DNA of 64,000 nucleotides from a virus. The notes beneath the pieces are model-generated. The model did not search any database and was not told the origin of the DNA. It saw nothing but the letters and a program-made list of their open reading frames with translations. This document shows positions 51,990 to 62,620 of this stretch, piece after piece. Location: the IMG/VR virus record IMGVR_UViG_3300040801_001435. The stretch is one strand, 5' to 3'. How positions within the stretch are numbered: the first letter of the stretch is position 1; each line of letters begins with the position of its first letter. The translations under genes were made by a program, and so were the position numbers.

Positions 51990-52469
51990 CTATATATTTT
52001 GGTTGATTATTAAAGAAACTGAAACATCTTTTACACGACCAAATTCAAGTGCTTCTTGTTTGTCGTGTAAAAATATATCAATTGCTTTATTATATCGTTT
52101 GTTCATAAGATCGTTTACAGTATATATTCCTCTATATTCTGGATCTATTTCATCACTATACACATACACTTGTCTTCCAGCAGTCCATCCATATTTGTGA
52201 TATAAATCTCTTGATACAGCAATTGTTCTAGGTGCAACTTTTGTTCCAAATGCTGTTATTGTTGGTGTGCTATCGGTTTGTCCCCTTTCAGCATTATATG
52301 CTGTTACTGTTACAAAAGCATGATGTTTGTTTTTAACCGTTATCGTTTTTGTCTGTTCAAGAATAGCTGTTCTATAACTAATCTCTGATGTCTTTCGCAA
52401 CACGTTTGTTATTCGTGCATCCAAATAACAAACGGATAATATTAATAATATTAATGTAATTATTCGCAA
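51990..52469 (-). CDS. 3D-domain (MltA-like) cell-wall protein
   Basis: N-terminal hydrophobic segment; VTAYN..GQTDSTP, IAVSRDL, DLMNKRY..AIDIF. Confidence 0.85.
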   Translation of the reverse strand: MRIITLILLILSVCYLDARITNVLRKTSEISYRTAILEQTKTITVKNKHHAFVTVTAYNAERGQTDSTPTITAFGTKVAPRTIAVSRDLYHKYGWTAGRQVYVYSDEIDPEYRGIYTVNDLMNKRYNKAIDIFLHDKQEALEFGRVKDVSVSLIINQNI

Positions 52470-52483
52470 AATTAAATTCTCCT

Positions 52484-53317
52484 TTATGTGTATATTTTGT
52501 CTCCATATATTTCGCTGAGAATGTTAAATAGTTCTACAGTATCACATTCCCAATATTTTCTGTATTCTGTTCCTCCATAATAATCACTGTCTGAAAATTC
52601 ACCTTCTGATACACAATTGTTATAAATTTTCTTATATTGTAAAAATGATATTGTTGGATCGATTTGTTCTATTAATGAATCAAAATCATCAAAACTAACT
52701 GATTCTCCTGATGATATTGTTGTTAGTGTGTTAGACCAGCATGATCCGCTTGTTCCACCACCAGACCATGTATCTGACCTGAAATTATGAGTTATACCAT
52801 ATTTATCAAGAAACATTTGATAATCTGATTTTCTCTTTGACTGTTTTGATACTATTTTGACATCACATCCAAACAATTCTTTAATTTCAGATAAATGTTC
52901 ATTGGGATCTATAAGATCAGTATTTTCAATAGTTATCTTACTATTTTTATCCCGACGATATTTATCATTATACAAACATATTTCTTTATCGGGCATAAAA
53001 TATATAATATCAATATTTGATAATTTAGATGAAATTATCTCTGACATTGCTTTTATAAATTCTAATGTTGGAACAAATCCATCAATAATTAAATGCTTTG
53101 TATTCAAATTGCTGCAATATCTTCTAAGTCTATCACAAAAATGTGCATAATACACGCCTGTGCCATTAAACCCTAAATCAATATCAACATATTTTGCCTT
53201 GGTAGGACCTGACTTTCCATATCGTTTCCATCGTTCTTCTTTCAATGAATCATATAGTTTTGTAGTTTCATAAGTCTTACCACTTCCTGGTAGTCCAATT
53301 GGGAATGTTAATCGCAT
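52484..53317 (-). CDS. P-loop kinase-domain protein
   Basis: IGLPGSGKT, LIIDG. Confidence 0.65.
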   Translation of the reverse strand: MRLTFPIGLPGSGKTYETTKLYDSLKEERWKRYGKSGPTKAKYVDIDLGFNGTGVYYAHFCDRLRRYCSNLNTKHLIIDGFVPTLEFIKAMSEIISSKLSNIDIIYFMPDKEICLYNDKYRRDKNSKITIENTDLIDPNEHLSEIKELFGCDVKIVSKQSKRKSDYQMFLDKYGITHNFRSDTWSGGGTSGSCWSNTLTTISSGESVSFDDFDSLIEQIDPTISFLQYKKIYNNCVSEGEFSDSDYYGGTEYRKYWECDTVELFNILSEIYGDKIYT

Positions 53318-54168
53318 GTAACATCCTTTCCTAGTAAAAAGTTAAAGTTTATCAATTTCATTCCGGCACTTCTTACGTGTCCATTACCTCCATATTTTCT
53401 AGCAATTTTTGAAACATCAACATTGTCGGAGTTACTTCGTAATGATACTCCAGTGTAATATTGTCCAATTCGATATGAACATACAACATCGATTTTAGTC
53501 CAGTCAATAACATCTTTCAGAAAAGGTGATATATCGAATGACACGTTAATTATTTGCCATATATAACCATCAATTTCTTTTGTGTATGATGTATTATTAA
53601 TAATGTACTCAATATATTGTTTAAGATAAGTATAAATTATTTTACCATCATTCACATACTGTTGATAATCGTTATTATATATCTGTTCAGTCCAAAAATG
53701 TGACTTTGGATTATAAATATCAGGAATATTTTTTAATCCATATTGTAAATATATAACATCAATAGTATAATGATCCCACACATCATATCTGCCTAATAAT
53801 TTTATTATATCTGGCATTTCTTCATTGGGATAAAAATACATCCATGTTAAATCACACGCTGCAAATTCTTGTTTTGTATTGCGTAATCCACTGATGTTTA
53901 TAAGACCAATATCATATATTTGTTCGATCCTATTTTTATGATGATCGATCCATATGAAATTTGTATTCCGATCAAGCCATTGCATTTCTTCTATTGATAA
54001 TGTTAAGTCAACAAGAACAACAGTTGATCCAATATCTATATCGTTTATTATTTCTTCAGTATAATTATATCCTATAAGTTCACAGCATTTGTAGTGTTTA
54101 TTTACTATTGCTGCACTACAAATGCCATCGAAATCTGAACTATGATATATACAATATATTTTAGACAT
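53308..54168 (-). CDS. DHH/DHHA1 phosphoesterase
   Basis: YHSSDFDGICSA, VDL, IDHH, SLRS...GGNGHVRSAG; start ATG 54168. Confidence 0.9.
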   Translation of the reverse strand: MSKIYCIYHSSDFDGICSAAIVNKHYKCCELIGYNYTEEIINDIDIGSTVVLVDLTLSIEEMQWLDRNTNFIWIDHHKNRIEQIYDIGLINISGLRNTKQEFAACDLTWMYFYPNEEMPDIIKLLGRYDVWDHYTIDVIYLQYGLKNIPDIYNPKSHFWTEQIYNNDYQQYVNDGKIIYTYLKQYIEYIINNTSYTKEIDGYIWQIINVSFDISPFLKDVIDWTKIDVVCSYRIGQYYTGVSLRSNSDNVDVSKIARKYGGNGHVRSAGMKLINFNFLLGKDVTCD

Positions 54169-54466
54169 CCGTATAATGATCAGAACATCCGTCTGTGCCA
54201 CATGAACATAGCGGTTTTGATTCTAGATCAATAATTTTTTCATCAAGTGTATTGTTAATCTTTTGAAGTTCTTCAAGTTTGTTATTAACGTCAGTAAGTC
54301 TACTATTTAGTTCATTACATTCTTCAACCTTTCTATTATATGCCGTTGTATATTGTTTGACAAGTGTTGATAGCTTGTCAATATCCAAAATCAATTTCAA
54401 TATATATTTTGTTTGTAAATCTAGATGTTCTCCTACTGTGGGTGTTTCTTCTTTATTACTCATTAT

Positions 54467-55129
54467 TTATTCTCCATTATATTTAAATTTATTTTTCCAA
54501 AACATTATCATTGTGGATTCAAATGTATTTGGGTTTTCTTTTGCCCAATATACATAATGTTTAAACATTGGATCTATTAATTGTTGTCCAATGTTATTTT
54601 CTGATCTAAATAATACGATGTCATTTCTTTTATAGAATGATAATTTGTTGAATTTATTTACATGTATCAATTGTTTATCATTATAATATGCGTGTGTATT
54701 CCAAAAAATAATACTATGTGCTAATTCAATTTGATGGTTTTTAATTAAGTTTTCTTTCAATTTTGAATTCTGTAATGTTGATATAGCCCATTCAATTGGA
54801 GTAAGTCTGAAAATTTCATGTGTAAAATAATGAATATTATTTACTGTCCAATCGACATTATTTTGTGTGCTACAATGTATTTCAGCAAAAGTTCCTTTCT
54901 TTGCCAAGTTATCAGTTCCTGGTTTAAATCGAATATATCCGTCAAAATATATTTCATCAGAAACCGTTAAGTCATACACACAACTATTTATGTCATCACA
55001 ATTAGGAGCATACACTATAATTGATTTATTTGCAATAGTTTTGTAATTACTTTCTTCAAAATTTTTTTTTGCAAGAGCAGCTAAAGACGGCTCCTCCGAA
55101 ATAAAATTCGGTTTGATATTTTCTACCAT
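54467..55129 (-). CDS. hypothetical protein
   Basis: 220 aa, GAGG RBS. Confidence 0.65.
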   Translation of the reverse strand: MVENIKPNFISEEPSLAALAKKNFEESNYKTIANKSIIVYAPNCDDINSCVYDLTVSDEIYFDGYIRFKPGTDNLAKKGTFAEIHCSTQNNVDWTVNNIHYFTHEIFRLTPIEWAISTLQNSKLKENLIKNHQIELAHSIIFWNTHAYYNDKQLIHVNKFNKLSFYKRNDIVLFRSENNIGQQLIDPMFKHYVYWAKENPNTFESTMIMFWKNKFKYNGE

Positions 55130-55141
55130 AACATCCTCTTA

Positions 55142-55199
55142 ATTTCTATATGACATATTGAAAAATAAAATTTTAATTTTAATTTTAATGTATAGAAAT
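55142..55199. promoter_or_regulatory. divergent pair of TATAGAAAT motifs
   Basis: Minus copy 55142-55150 faces gene 55129; plus copy 55191-55199 faces gene 55228. Confidence 0.6.
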
Positions 55200-55227
55200 T
55201 AGTATAATATATCATATTTTTAACATA

Positions 55228-57798
55228 TTGAAAATGGAGAATAAATTGATCACGTTAAAGCCAAACGAAGTTTTGAATTTTATTAATAATACAAGTGTAC
55301 ATGCTAATATACAAATGCAATATGCTATACATCCATTTATAATAAATAAAGATAAAAATGAAGAGTATCACTCAAGAAAAATCAACCTTTCAAGAGAAAT
55401 ACGAGCAAATAGATTTGGTTATAATGGATCATATTGTATCATGAATGTACCAAAAGAAGAACATAATATGAATCATTTAATTTGGCGTATTCATTTAGGA
55501 CGAATGATTACGTATTATCGTGACGTTGATAAAAAGTCAACTAATAGAAACATTCAAGATTTTGATAACCCAGGTGTACACTCTTGTTTCAGAAAAACAA
55601 AAGATACATTTGGAGGAACAAATATTTTATTTTTAGATGTTGATAATAGTGATCCAAATACTGAATATACCAATTTATATGATTTTATTAAAACACATAA
55701 CAATTATGCTATGATTTATACATCATATAATCATACAGACAATCATCATAAATTTAGAGTTATTTATCTACTTGATGAAATCATTACAACTGAAGATAAA
55801 ATGAAAGCAATCTTTAGTGAAATTTCTAAAGGTATTAATTGTGACTCAAGTTGTTTCACTTGTGATAAAGGATTCTTTGGAAATACTAATGCTATGTTTT
55901 TCATACCAGATCAAATTACACCTTTAATAGTGTCGAATTATGAAATCCCGCCGCAATCAAACAACAAACAAAGAGTTAAAATGAATACAATAACATCGGA
56001 TATTCAACTTAGACAAATAAACAAAAGAAATTTCAATATATTTAAAAAATCATGTTATGTTTTTAATAATATGTCAGATAAATCAAAAGTTAATCATCAA
56101 GAGTGGTTTACTATAGTTAATAATTTATCTAAATTTAAAGGTACATTGAAACATACACAACAAAATATAATTGGTAGATGGCCTAATTTAGATAAATTTA
56201 TTTCTACTTGGAATTATCAATCTACTAAAAATCCAGGATATATTTCTTGTGATTGTAGATATAAAGATAAATGTAGTTTATTAAAATTTAATCCTAATGT
56301 TAATTCTATATTTCAATTCCTTACAAGTAGATCCCCTTTAAATCCTAAATACATGTCAACAGTTAAATCAGATGATATTGAATTAAGTAATTTAGATACA
56401 GTTTATAATAATGTTGAATCTACATTTTTAGACATTGTTAATAATAAACCTAATGGTAAATTATACGTTATTCATGCTGAAACAGGTTTAGGCAAAACAC
56501 ATATTCTTAAAAAACATGCTATACCTGCACTTTATTGTTTTAAAACACATCAGCTATCTGATGAATTTGAAATTGGTACAGCATTTCCAGTTATCAATCC
56601 AGAATTTCCATTTTATGAAGATATACAATATTGTTATGAAAATGGAATATCATCATCACATATAATTAAAGACGCATTTGAAAAACATCCTACAGATCCA
56701 TCTGTTATACATTATCAAAATCAATTAATAGCTTTTAGAAACAGCAACATATCAAAAATAACACATTCAAGATTAGTTAGATCAAACAATATTTCTGATA
56801 TTGCAAATCACAATACAATTATTATTGATGAAGATATATTAACTAATTTAGTTGAAGTTGGAACAATTGGTATGAAATATTTATTTAACATGTTGAAGGT
56901 TCTTCCAAAAGAAATTTCAACTGCAATTAGAAATGAGTTGATGAATCATAAATTTCCTGTTGGATGTAACGAAAATGTTATTAATGATACTGTCAAATTT
57001 CAACTACAGAAATTCATTCGTGAAAAATCTAAGTCAAAGGAGACATACACAGGGCTTGTTAAATTTGTTGAAAGTTCACACTATACATATAGCGCATATA
57101 GTGACGGGCTATCTCATGCCAAAAGTTTTGTTCCTGAAATTATGAAACTTTTAGCATCTGGTAAAAAAATAATAGTTCTTTCGGCCACACCTAATAAAAA
57201 ACTATATGATCATATATTTAAAGATAAATTAGAATTCTTTTCATTCCCAAAAATTAAGGAGAGAGGAACATGTACAATTTTCAAACCCATTTCTTGTTCA
57301 ATTTTTAAATCAACGATCAACAGGGCAAGTTCAGATAGTGTTAAGAGAATTATTCATGATATTTGTGATCATTTTGGAATACCTCGAAAGAACATAATAT
57401 CATATAAAATGCTTAAAGATAAATGTGACATTGATATTTCAGGATACTTTTTTAATATTGAAGGGTTTAATAGTTTATCTGGTCAAAATATTCTTGTTTT
57501 TGGATTACCAATGCTTCCACTTAGAACATATTTTGTTATTGCAAATGCTCTTGAAATCAATATTAACGATTTCTGTATAGGAAAACAAAACATTTTTGCA
57601 GACGGGTATATTTATCACGGAAGAACATTTGATAATGATCTACTACAAGCATTTCACATACATATGATTGAAAGTGAAATTGTTCAATCAATTGGTCGTG
57701 CAAGATTATTGCGGAATAATTGTAATGTTATCGTTGTATCAGATATTCCATTTGGAAATAAATATTATGATGTCCTACCCATCAACATAGAGTACTGA
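55228..57798 (+). CDS. AEP primase fused to SF2-type helicase (replication initiator-like)
   Basis: FLDVDN and YTSYNH...HKFRVI (AEP); AETGLGKT, IIIDED, LSATP, QSIGRAR (SF2 motifs I, II, III, VI). Confidence 0.75.
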   Translation: MKMENKLITLKPNEVLNFINNTSVHANIQMQYAIHPFIINKDKNEEYHSRKINLSREIRANRFGYNGSYCIMNVPKEEHNMNHLIWRIHLGRMITYYRDVDKKSTNRNIQDFDNPGVHSCFRKTKDTFGGTNILFLDVDNSDPNTEYTNLYDFIKTHNNYAMIYTSYNHTDNHHKFRVIYLLDEIITTEDKMKAIFSEISKGINCDSSCFTCDKGFFGNTNAMFFIPDQITPLIVSNYEIPPQSNNKQRVKMNTITSDIQLRQINKRNFNIFKKSCYVFNNMSDKSKVNHQEWFTIVNNLSKFKGTLKHTQQNIIGRWPNLDKFISTWNYQSTKNPGYISCDCRYKDKCSLLKFNPNVNSIFQFLTSRSPLNPKYMSTVKSDDIELSNLDTVYNNVESTFLDIVNNKPNGKLYVIHAETGLGKTHILKKHAIPALYCFKTHQLSDEFEIGTAFPVINPEFPFYEDIQYCYENGISSSHIIKDAFEKHPTDPSVIHYQNQLIAFRNSNISKITHSRLVRSNNISDIANHNTIIIDEDILTNLVEVGTIGMKYLFNMLKVLPKEISTAIRNELMNHKFPVGCNENVINDTVKFQLQKFIREKSKSKETYTGLVKFVESSHYTYSAYSDGLSHAKSFVPEIMKLLASGKKIIVLSATPNKKLYDHIFKDKLEFFSFPKIKERGTCTIFKPISCSIFKSTINRASSDSVKRIIHDICDHFGIPRKNIISYKMLKDKCDIDISGYFFNIEGFNSLSGQNILVFGLPMLPLRTYFVIANALEININDFCIGKQNIFADGYIYHGRTFDNDLLQAFHIHMIESEIVQSIGRARLLRNNCNVIVVSDIPFGNKYYDVLPINIEY

Positions 57799-57799
57799 C

Positions 57800-58400
57800 A
57801 TCAAAATTTCGAAGGAACCCGATCACACGGGTTTGACGGTTATCTCATTTTGAAGGGACTTATTTCGACTGTGTTCAGATAAGTCCCTGATTTTATTTAT
57901 AGCAAATCTGTAACTATTGGAAATGGCAACTATATGGCATTCTGAATTCCATTCAGAGAAAAAATTTCATTTTCAAAACATTATTAAGCATTTGATTTTT
58001 CAAAATTTTTGAGTCAAAATTTGTATATTCTCCCCGTCATATAGAAATCTCTAGAATAAATAATTTATTTATAATTTTTTGAAAATTATAAATTTGTGTA
58101 AACTAGATAGTTTGAATATCTAGTTTAACTAAAGTTACTATTTTTATACTAAACTAGCTATTTTAGAATGATTAGCTTTAAGCTAGATAATACGATAATA
58201 TAGTTAACTAAATTAGCTATTTTGTGCTAAACTAGCTAGTTTGACTAGTATAGAATAAGTAGTTACAATGCACTATGATTATCATGATAAAAAAGATAAT
58301 CTAGCTAAATTTGCTAGATTACTATTTATATTTTTATTGAATTTATATTTGTAATTAAGAGATATTAGATTGATCCTCAGATTATCAAATAATCTGCTTT
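57800..58400. other. putative replication origin
   Basis: 600 bp non-coding; hairpins 57816-57833 and 57854-57888; 26-bp repeat; ten CTAG sites in 58051-58317; AAACTAGCTA twice. Confidence 0.5.
57910..57935. repeat. 26-bp dispersed repeat, copy 2
   Basis: gtaactattggaaatggcaactatat. Confidence 0.9.
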
Positions 58401-59720
58401 TCAAAGCACGCAGCTTTTAGTAGATTTAGGTAATATTATACATGATATTAAATCTTTATAAAATGGATAATCATCAAACATATCGATTTGATTAATAATC
58501 ATATGTCTTTTGATCTCTAAACATATGCTATTAACAACAGCACCTGTTAATTCTCTTTTACAAAGATCTGATTTTATCTGTCCACGGATATTATCTTCGA
58601 TATTTAGATTGTATTTATTAACATGTAAATCGAATAATTTGTCAATTTCCTTTTCAGATGGATATGAAAAATTAACGATTCTGTCTATTCTTCCAGGTCT
58701 GATTGCTTGATCTAAATCTTCTGTTTCATTAGTTGTACAGATACATATTACATCTGGATATTTTTTACTATCTTCTAATGTTTTTAAAAAATCATTAGTT
58801 ACACGATATGATGAAACTGCATCTCTTTTAATAACATCGGCATCTTCAAGAATAACTATAGATGGACCAAAATGTTGTGCAATTTCAAAAACATCTGTTA
58901 AACTAATTGCTCGTCCCATACCATTATTTAAATTATATACTTTGAAACAAGTTGCACCATATGATAATGCTTTTTTGATTATGGCATTACATGTTGTTGA
59001 TTTTCCAGTTCCAGGAACACCTTTGATTATGATACCTTTATGTATATGTAGATTATTCAGTTTCATTTGATTGTAATGTTTTACTAATGATAGTATACTT
59101 TCAACAACATTAACAGTCTCATCAGAAATTACAATATCATTAATATCAAATAGAATTGCACTATCAATAATTTCAAGACTACTTTTCACTTCAACAAGAC
59201 TATTTTTGAAAAATGAATGTGCTTTAACTAAATCATTTTTAATTTTAACGACTCTTTCAAAATGATTTTTATGACAAACTATCCAATAACGTCCTTTAAA
59301 ATCAGCATTAGCGTCTTCATACCAATTAGGCATTATTATGAATTTGATCCCATCAATTTCGACAAATACGCTTTTAAGCATTGTTGTAATTGACTGATCT
59401 CCTATTCTCAATTCAGTTTCATCTGTATATGATGATTTTAATATTTTTCCGTCAAAAGCATATTCATTTTCAGAATCAATGAATAGTTCATGACTTTTAA
59501 TTGACTCATCATCTATAATTTTGCCTATTATGTAATCTCTTTCAATATCAGTACTTAAATCTTTAAACAGTGAAAATTTACATTGTTCTGGAGGAATTCT
59601 AAGAATAGAACATAATTGTGATTTATTTTTTTGTCCAGGTACAAAATCTGTTAGCTCGATAATGTTATCAACTATAAATTCGAGCGATTTATATAATTGT
59701 TCTTTTTTCCATTTTTCCAT
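58401..59720 (-). CDS. AAA+ ATPase
   Basis: KGVPGTGKS, VILEDAD, TTN, RPGRIDR. Confidence 0.92.
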   Translation of the reverse strand: MEKWKKEQLYKSLEFIVDNIIELTDFVPGQKNKSQLCSILRIPPEQCKFSLFKDLSTDIERDYIIGKIIDDESIKSHELFIDSENEYAFDGKILKSSYTDETELRIGDQSITTMLKSVFVEIDGIKFIIMPNWYEDANADFKGRYWIVCHKNHFERVVKIKNDLVKAHSFFKNSLVEVKSSLEIIDSAILFDINDIVISDETVNVVESILSLVKHYNQMKLNNLHIHKGIIIKGVPGTGKSTTCNAIIKKALSYGATCFKVYNLNNGMGRAISLTDVFEIAQHFGPSIVILEDADVIKRDAVSSYRVTNDFLKTLEDSKKYPDVICICTTNETEDLDQAIRPGRIDRIVNFSYPSEKEIDKLFDLHVNKYNLNIEDNIRGQIKSDLCKRELTGAVVNSICLEIKRHMIINQIDMFDDYPFYKDLISCIILPKSTKSCVL

Positions 59721-59760
59721 ATTAATCTCCTATTGGGTTAAATAAAATATTTAGTTGTCA

Positions 59761-59803
59761 ATTTCTATATTAGATTTTATAATTTAAAAATTTATATAGA
59801 AAT
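59761..59803. promoter_or_regulatory. divergent pair of TATAGAAAT motifs
   Basis: Minus copy 59761-59769 and plus copy 59795-59803 between divergent genes. Confidence 0.6.
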
Positions 59804-59834
59804 ATGCAAAGTAACATTTTATTTTAACATTATT

Positions 59835-61454
59835 ATGGAGGAACAAGTGCGACTATCACAACGACTGATAATAATAGACAACGGATTAGATTTTAAAGGA
59901 ATATTACATTGTGGTGTATTGCGTGTTGTTGATAAATTTTGTTTTGAACTGAAATTAAGACGGTTTAAAATTATCAGTGATGAAATTTTCGCAACAGTTA
60001 AATCTGAAATAAATAAACACTCATTTGATAGAGTTGATTTGATTGACAAGATTGATAATGATATATTGTTCACTCATTTAATGTCGTTGTATGATTGTGA
60101 ACAATATTATCAATTTTTAGGTAAACAAATTAATCATATTTTAACGAATGACCCGGATAAAAGCAACAATAAATATTATCGATTTATTATTGATAATAAA
60201 CTTAAAGTTATTTTATCTCTTATTGATGCTAAACGATTGTATTCTGATATCCAATCTTTTGTAAATAATTATATGACGCTTGATAGTATTTATAAACTAA
60301 TTATGACGCAACAATTGTCAGATACTTCTATTGAAGATCATCATGATCCTGAATATTATGATTATGTAAATAATGTTGCTGCTGATGTAAAAGAAACTCT
60401 TCATGAAAAAGATCTACAAAGTGGGATCATTGAACAATCGTATTTTGATGATGTATTGGATTTATGTTTAAATAATGCTGTTAAATCATATATTTTACAT
60501 GAGACACTAACATATTTTGGAACGAATTCCGCCGCAATAAAACACGAAGACAATAAAATAATATTACCAAGTCTTTTCAGAAACATACCATTTTTCCCTT
60601 CAAGTTATCTTAAAACATTAATTATATCTCTGTCAAAAATAGGCGAACATAAATTAGATCATTATATAGGACAGATTATTGTTTATCTTAAAAGTAATAA
60701 TAAAGACCAAGTTAAAATATTTATAGCTACATTTTTATTGTTTTTATATTATTTGGTTAAAACTTATAAAACACATCCAGGAGATGTCTTGTTGTCATTA
60801 GAAATTTGGATTTCTAAAATTGAAACTCAAACTAAATTATTGAATTATTATACACAAGATAATAATTTAACATTTGAAGTTATTTCTGTTAAAGAAGAAA
60901 ATGAATTTGATAAGATATCAGAAATATCAGAGAAACATAAATATCTACTTAGAGTTTCTCCTGATGAATTTGTAACTACTGTTTTTACCGAATATATCGA
61001 TTTAAAAGAAAATAAACAAAAACCGATGTCATTTAATTTATCACATCCAACGGTTATTAATATTACTCGTTACTTTTTTAATGATAACGTGACTATGCTT
61101 ACAAATTATAGACCAAATCAAGAATCAAATCCAGAAGTGATAACTTTTGCATATGGGTATTTTCTTAACTTTGTTTCTAGTTCTGATTTGTCTAAAGATA
61201 TTCTTCTAAAAAATACAACTATTCCAATCACGGTATTAAAACTATTTCCTATATTATCGAATAATATTAATAGTAAAAATTTTAATAAAGACATTGTAGA
61301 TACGTTTGTTTTTTATAAAACTGTTTGTGGGTTTTTAGAAGACCCTTCTATATTTCAGCATATTGATATATTGTATATAGTATTTCAAATTATTATTCCT
61401 TATTATTATCATATGTATGAACAGACAACTTTTACTGATTACTTTTTGGGATAA
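59835..61454 (+). CDS. large hypothetical protein
   Basis: 539 aa, no recognised motif. Confidence 0.75.
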   Translation: MEEQVRLSQRLIIIDNGLDFKGILHCGVLRVVDKFCFELKLRRFKIISDEIFATVKSEINKHSFDRVDLIDKIDNDILFTHLMSLYDCEQYYQFLGKQINHILTNDPDKSNNKYYRFIIDNKLKVILSLIDAKRLYSDIQSFVNNYMTLDSIYKLIMTQQLSDTSIEDHHDPEYYDYVNNVAADVKETLHEKDLQSGIIEQSYFDDVLDLCLNNAVKSYILHETLTYFGTNSAAIKHEDNKIILPSLFRNIPFFPSSYLKTLIISLSKIGEHKLDHYIGQIIVYLKSNNKDQVKIFIATFLLFLYYLVKTYKTHPGDVLLSLEIWISKIETQTKLLNYYTQDNNLTFEVISVKEENEFDKISEISEKHKYLLRVSPDEFVTTVFTEYIDLKENKQKPMSFNLSHPTVINITRYFFNDNVTMLTNYRPNQESNPEVITFAYGYFLNFVSSSDLSKDILLKNTTIPITVLKLFPILSNNINSKNFNKDIVDTFVFYKTVCGFLEDPSIFQHIDILYIVFQIIIPYYYHMYEQTTFTDYFLG

Positions 61455-61496
61455 AAATAATTCACTATGTGTCCAAGTGACACATAGTATTTTTTT

Positions 61497-61705
61497 GTAA
61501 ACAAACAGAGAGCCCATGACATCCGAAGACATCATGGGCTCTCTGTTTGGGAAGACAACACCTCTAGTTTATTAGTGTCTCATAGTCCGAAGACTACAGA
61601 GGAGGACTCGCTTGCGCGAAACCTACCAAATGATAGTCATTTCACGCAAGGTTGACCTTGAGACATAAAATTAAAGAGCCTATTCAAATAGACTCTTCTT
61701 TTTTT
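61497..61705 (-). ncRNA. unidentified structured RNA
   Basis: Two cUUCGg tetraloop hairpins, a multibranch core, G-U pairs valid only on the minus strand, upstream TATAGAAAT at 61716-61724. Confidence 0.65.
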
Positions 61706-61983
61706 CACCTTTATAATTTCTATATGTATTTTTTAATTATACAAATTAATGTTTAGCTGTAGATATTACTGGAGCAAAATTTCCAGTTTTAATTGCTTCG
61801 GTGATATGTTTATCTAATTTATCTCGTTCCATCATTATTTTATTTAATGATATTGGATCAGCAACATCAACAACATATATTAGCAAGTCAAGTAAACTTA
61901 ATAGATACAATAATTCTGTGTCTATAAGTGTTCCACTTGAAATCTTGCTAATAAATAATTCTATTGTGTGTTTTATATTTTCT

Positions 61984-62337
61984 TTATTTTTGTCCAACAA
62001 GTTTTTCTAATGCTTTCATATTAATATTGAATACAGATGGTATATTTTCTCGCAATAGTTCTGAAATCAATTCAGATTTGATTTTGTTTGTGTTTTCTCT
62101 AAATCCTTTCAATTCATTTCTTAGTGTACGTATTTTTACTTGTTGATCATGTTCCAGTTCTTTACAGCGAAGAAATTCCGAAATTAAATGTTGTGTTGAT
62201 TCTGATATTCCTAAATCTTCTCTTTTAGTAACAGTAAAGTCAGTTTTTTTAAAGACAGATTTTTTCCACATAGTTTTAGTCTCCATAGTATTGTCTAAGT
62301 TTTTTGTAATTGATTGTGAAAAATTCGGTTTTACCAA
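61984..62337 (-). CDS. small coiled-coil protein
   Basis: Heptad-rich; paralog-like to adjacent 62276-62563 (ELLRENI vs DLLRKLM). Confidence 0.55.
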   Translation of the reverse strand: MVKPNFSQSITKNLDNTMETKTMWKKSVFKKTDFTVTKREDLGISESTQHLISEFLRCKELEHDQQVKIRTLRNELKGFRENTNKIKSELISELLRENIPSVFNINMKALEKLVGQK

Positions 62338-62620
62338 GGCTCATTAATTTTCTGAGTAAATCGTCTCGCAGGGATTCTTTTCTCTTTTTTATTTTTCTGA
62401 TAGTCTTTTTTGCATCATTAATACGTTGTCTTTCTCTGGATACATCTCTGTTTAGTACGGACATTGCTTGCACAATATCAGAAATAGACTCTGTGGAAGA
62501 TTTTTCTCTAAAAAATTCATTAGCCTCTGCTGCATTTACTCCTTTAAAGAATTCACTAGTCATAGTTTCTCCTTTTGTTTAAAAATAAAAAATAATATGA
62601 TTAACCACAACACTCGATAT

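Noticed and set aside
1502-62582. Plus-strand track ORFs antisense to recognised genes (e.g. 1502, 12867, 18613, 25114, 25858, 45379, 50895)
   Set aside because: Shadow frames of minus-strand CDS: Ser/Ile/Leu-rich, no RBS, no motifs
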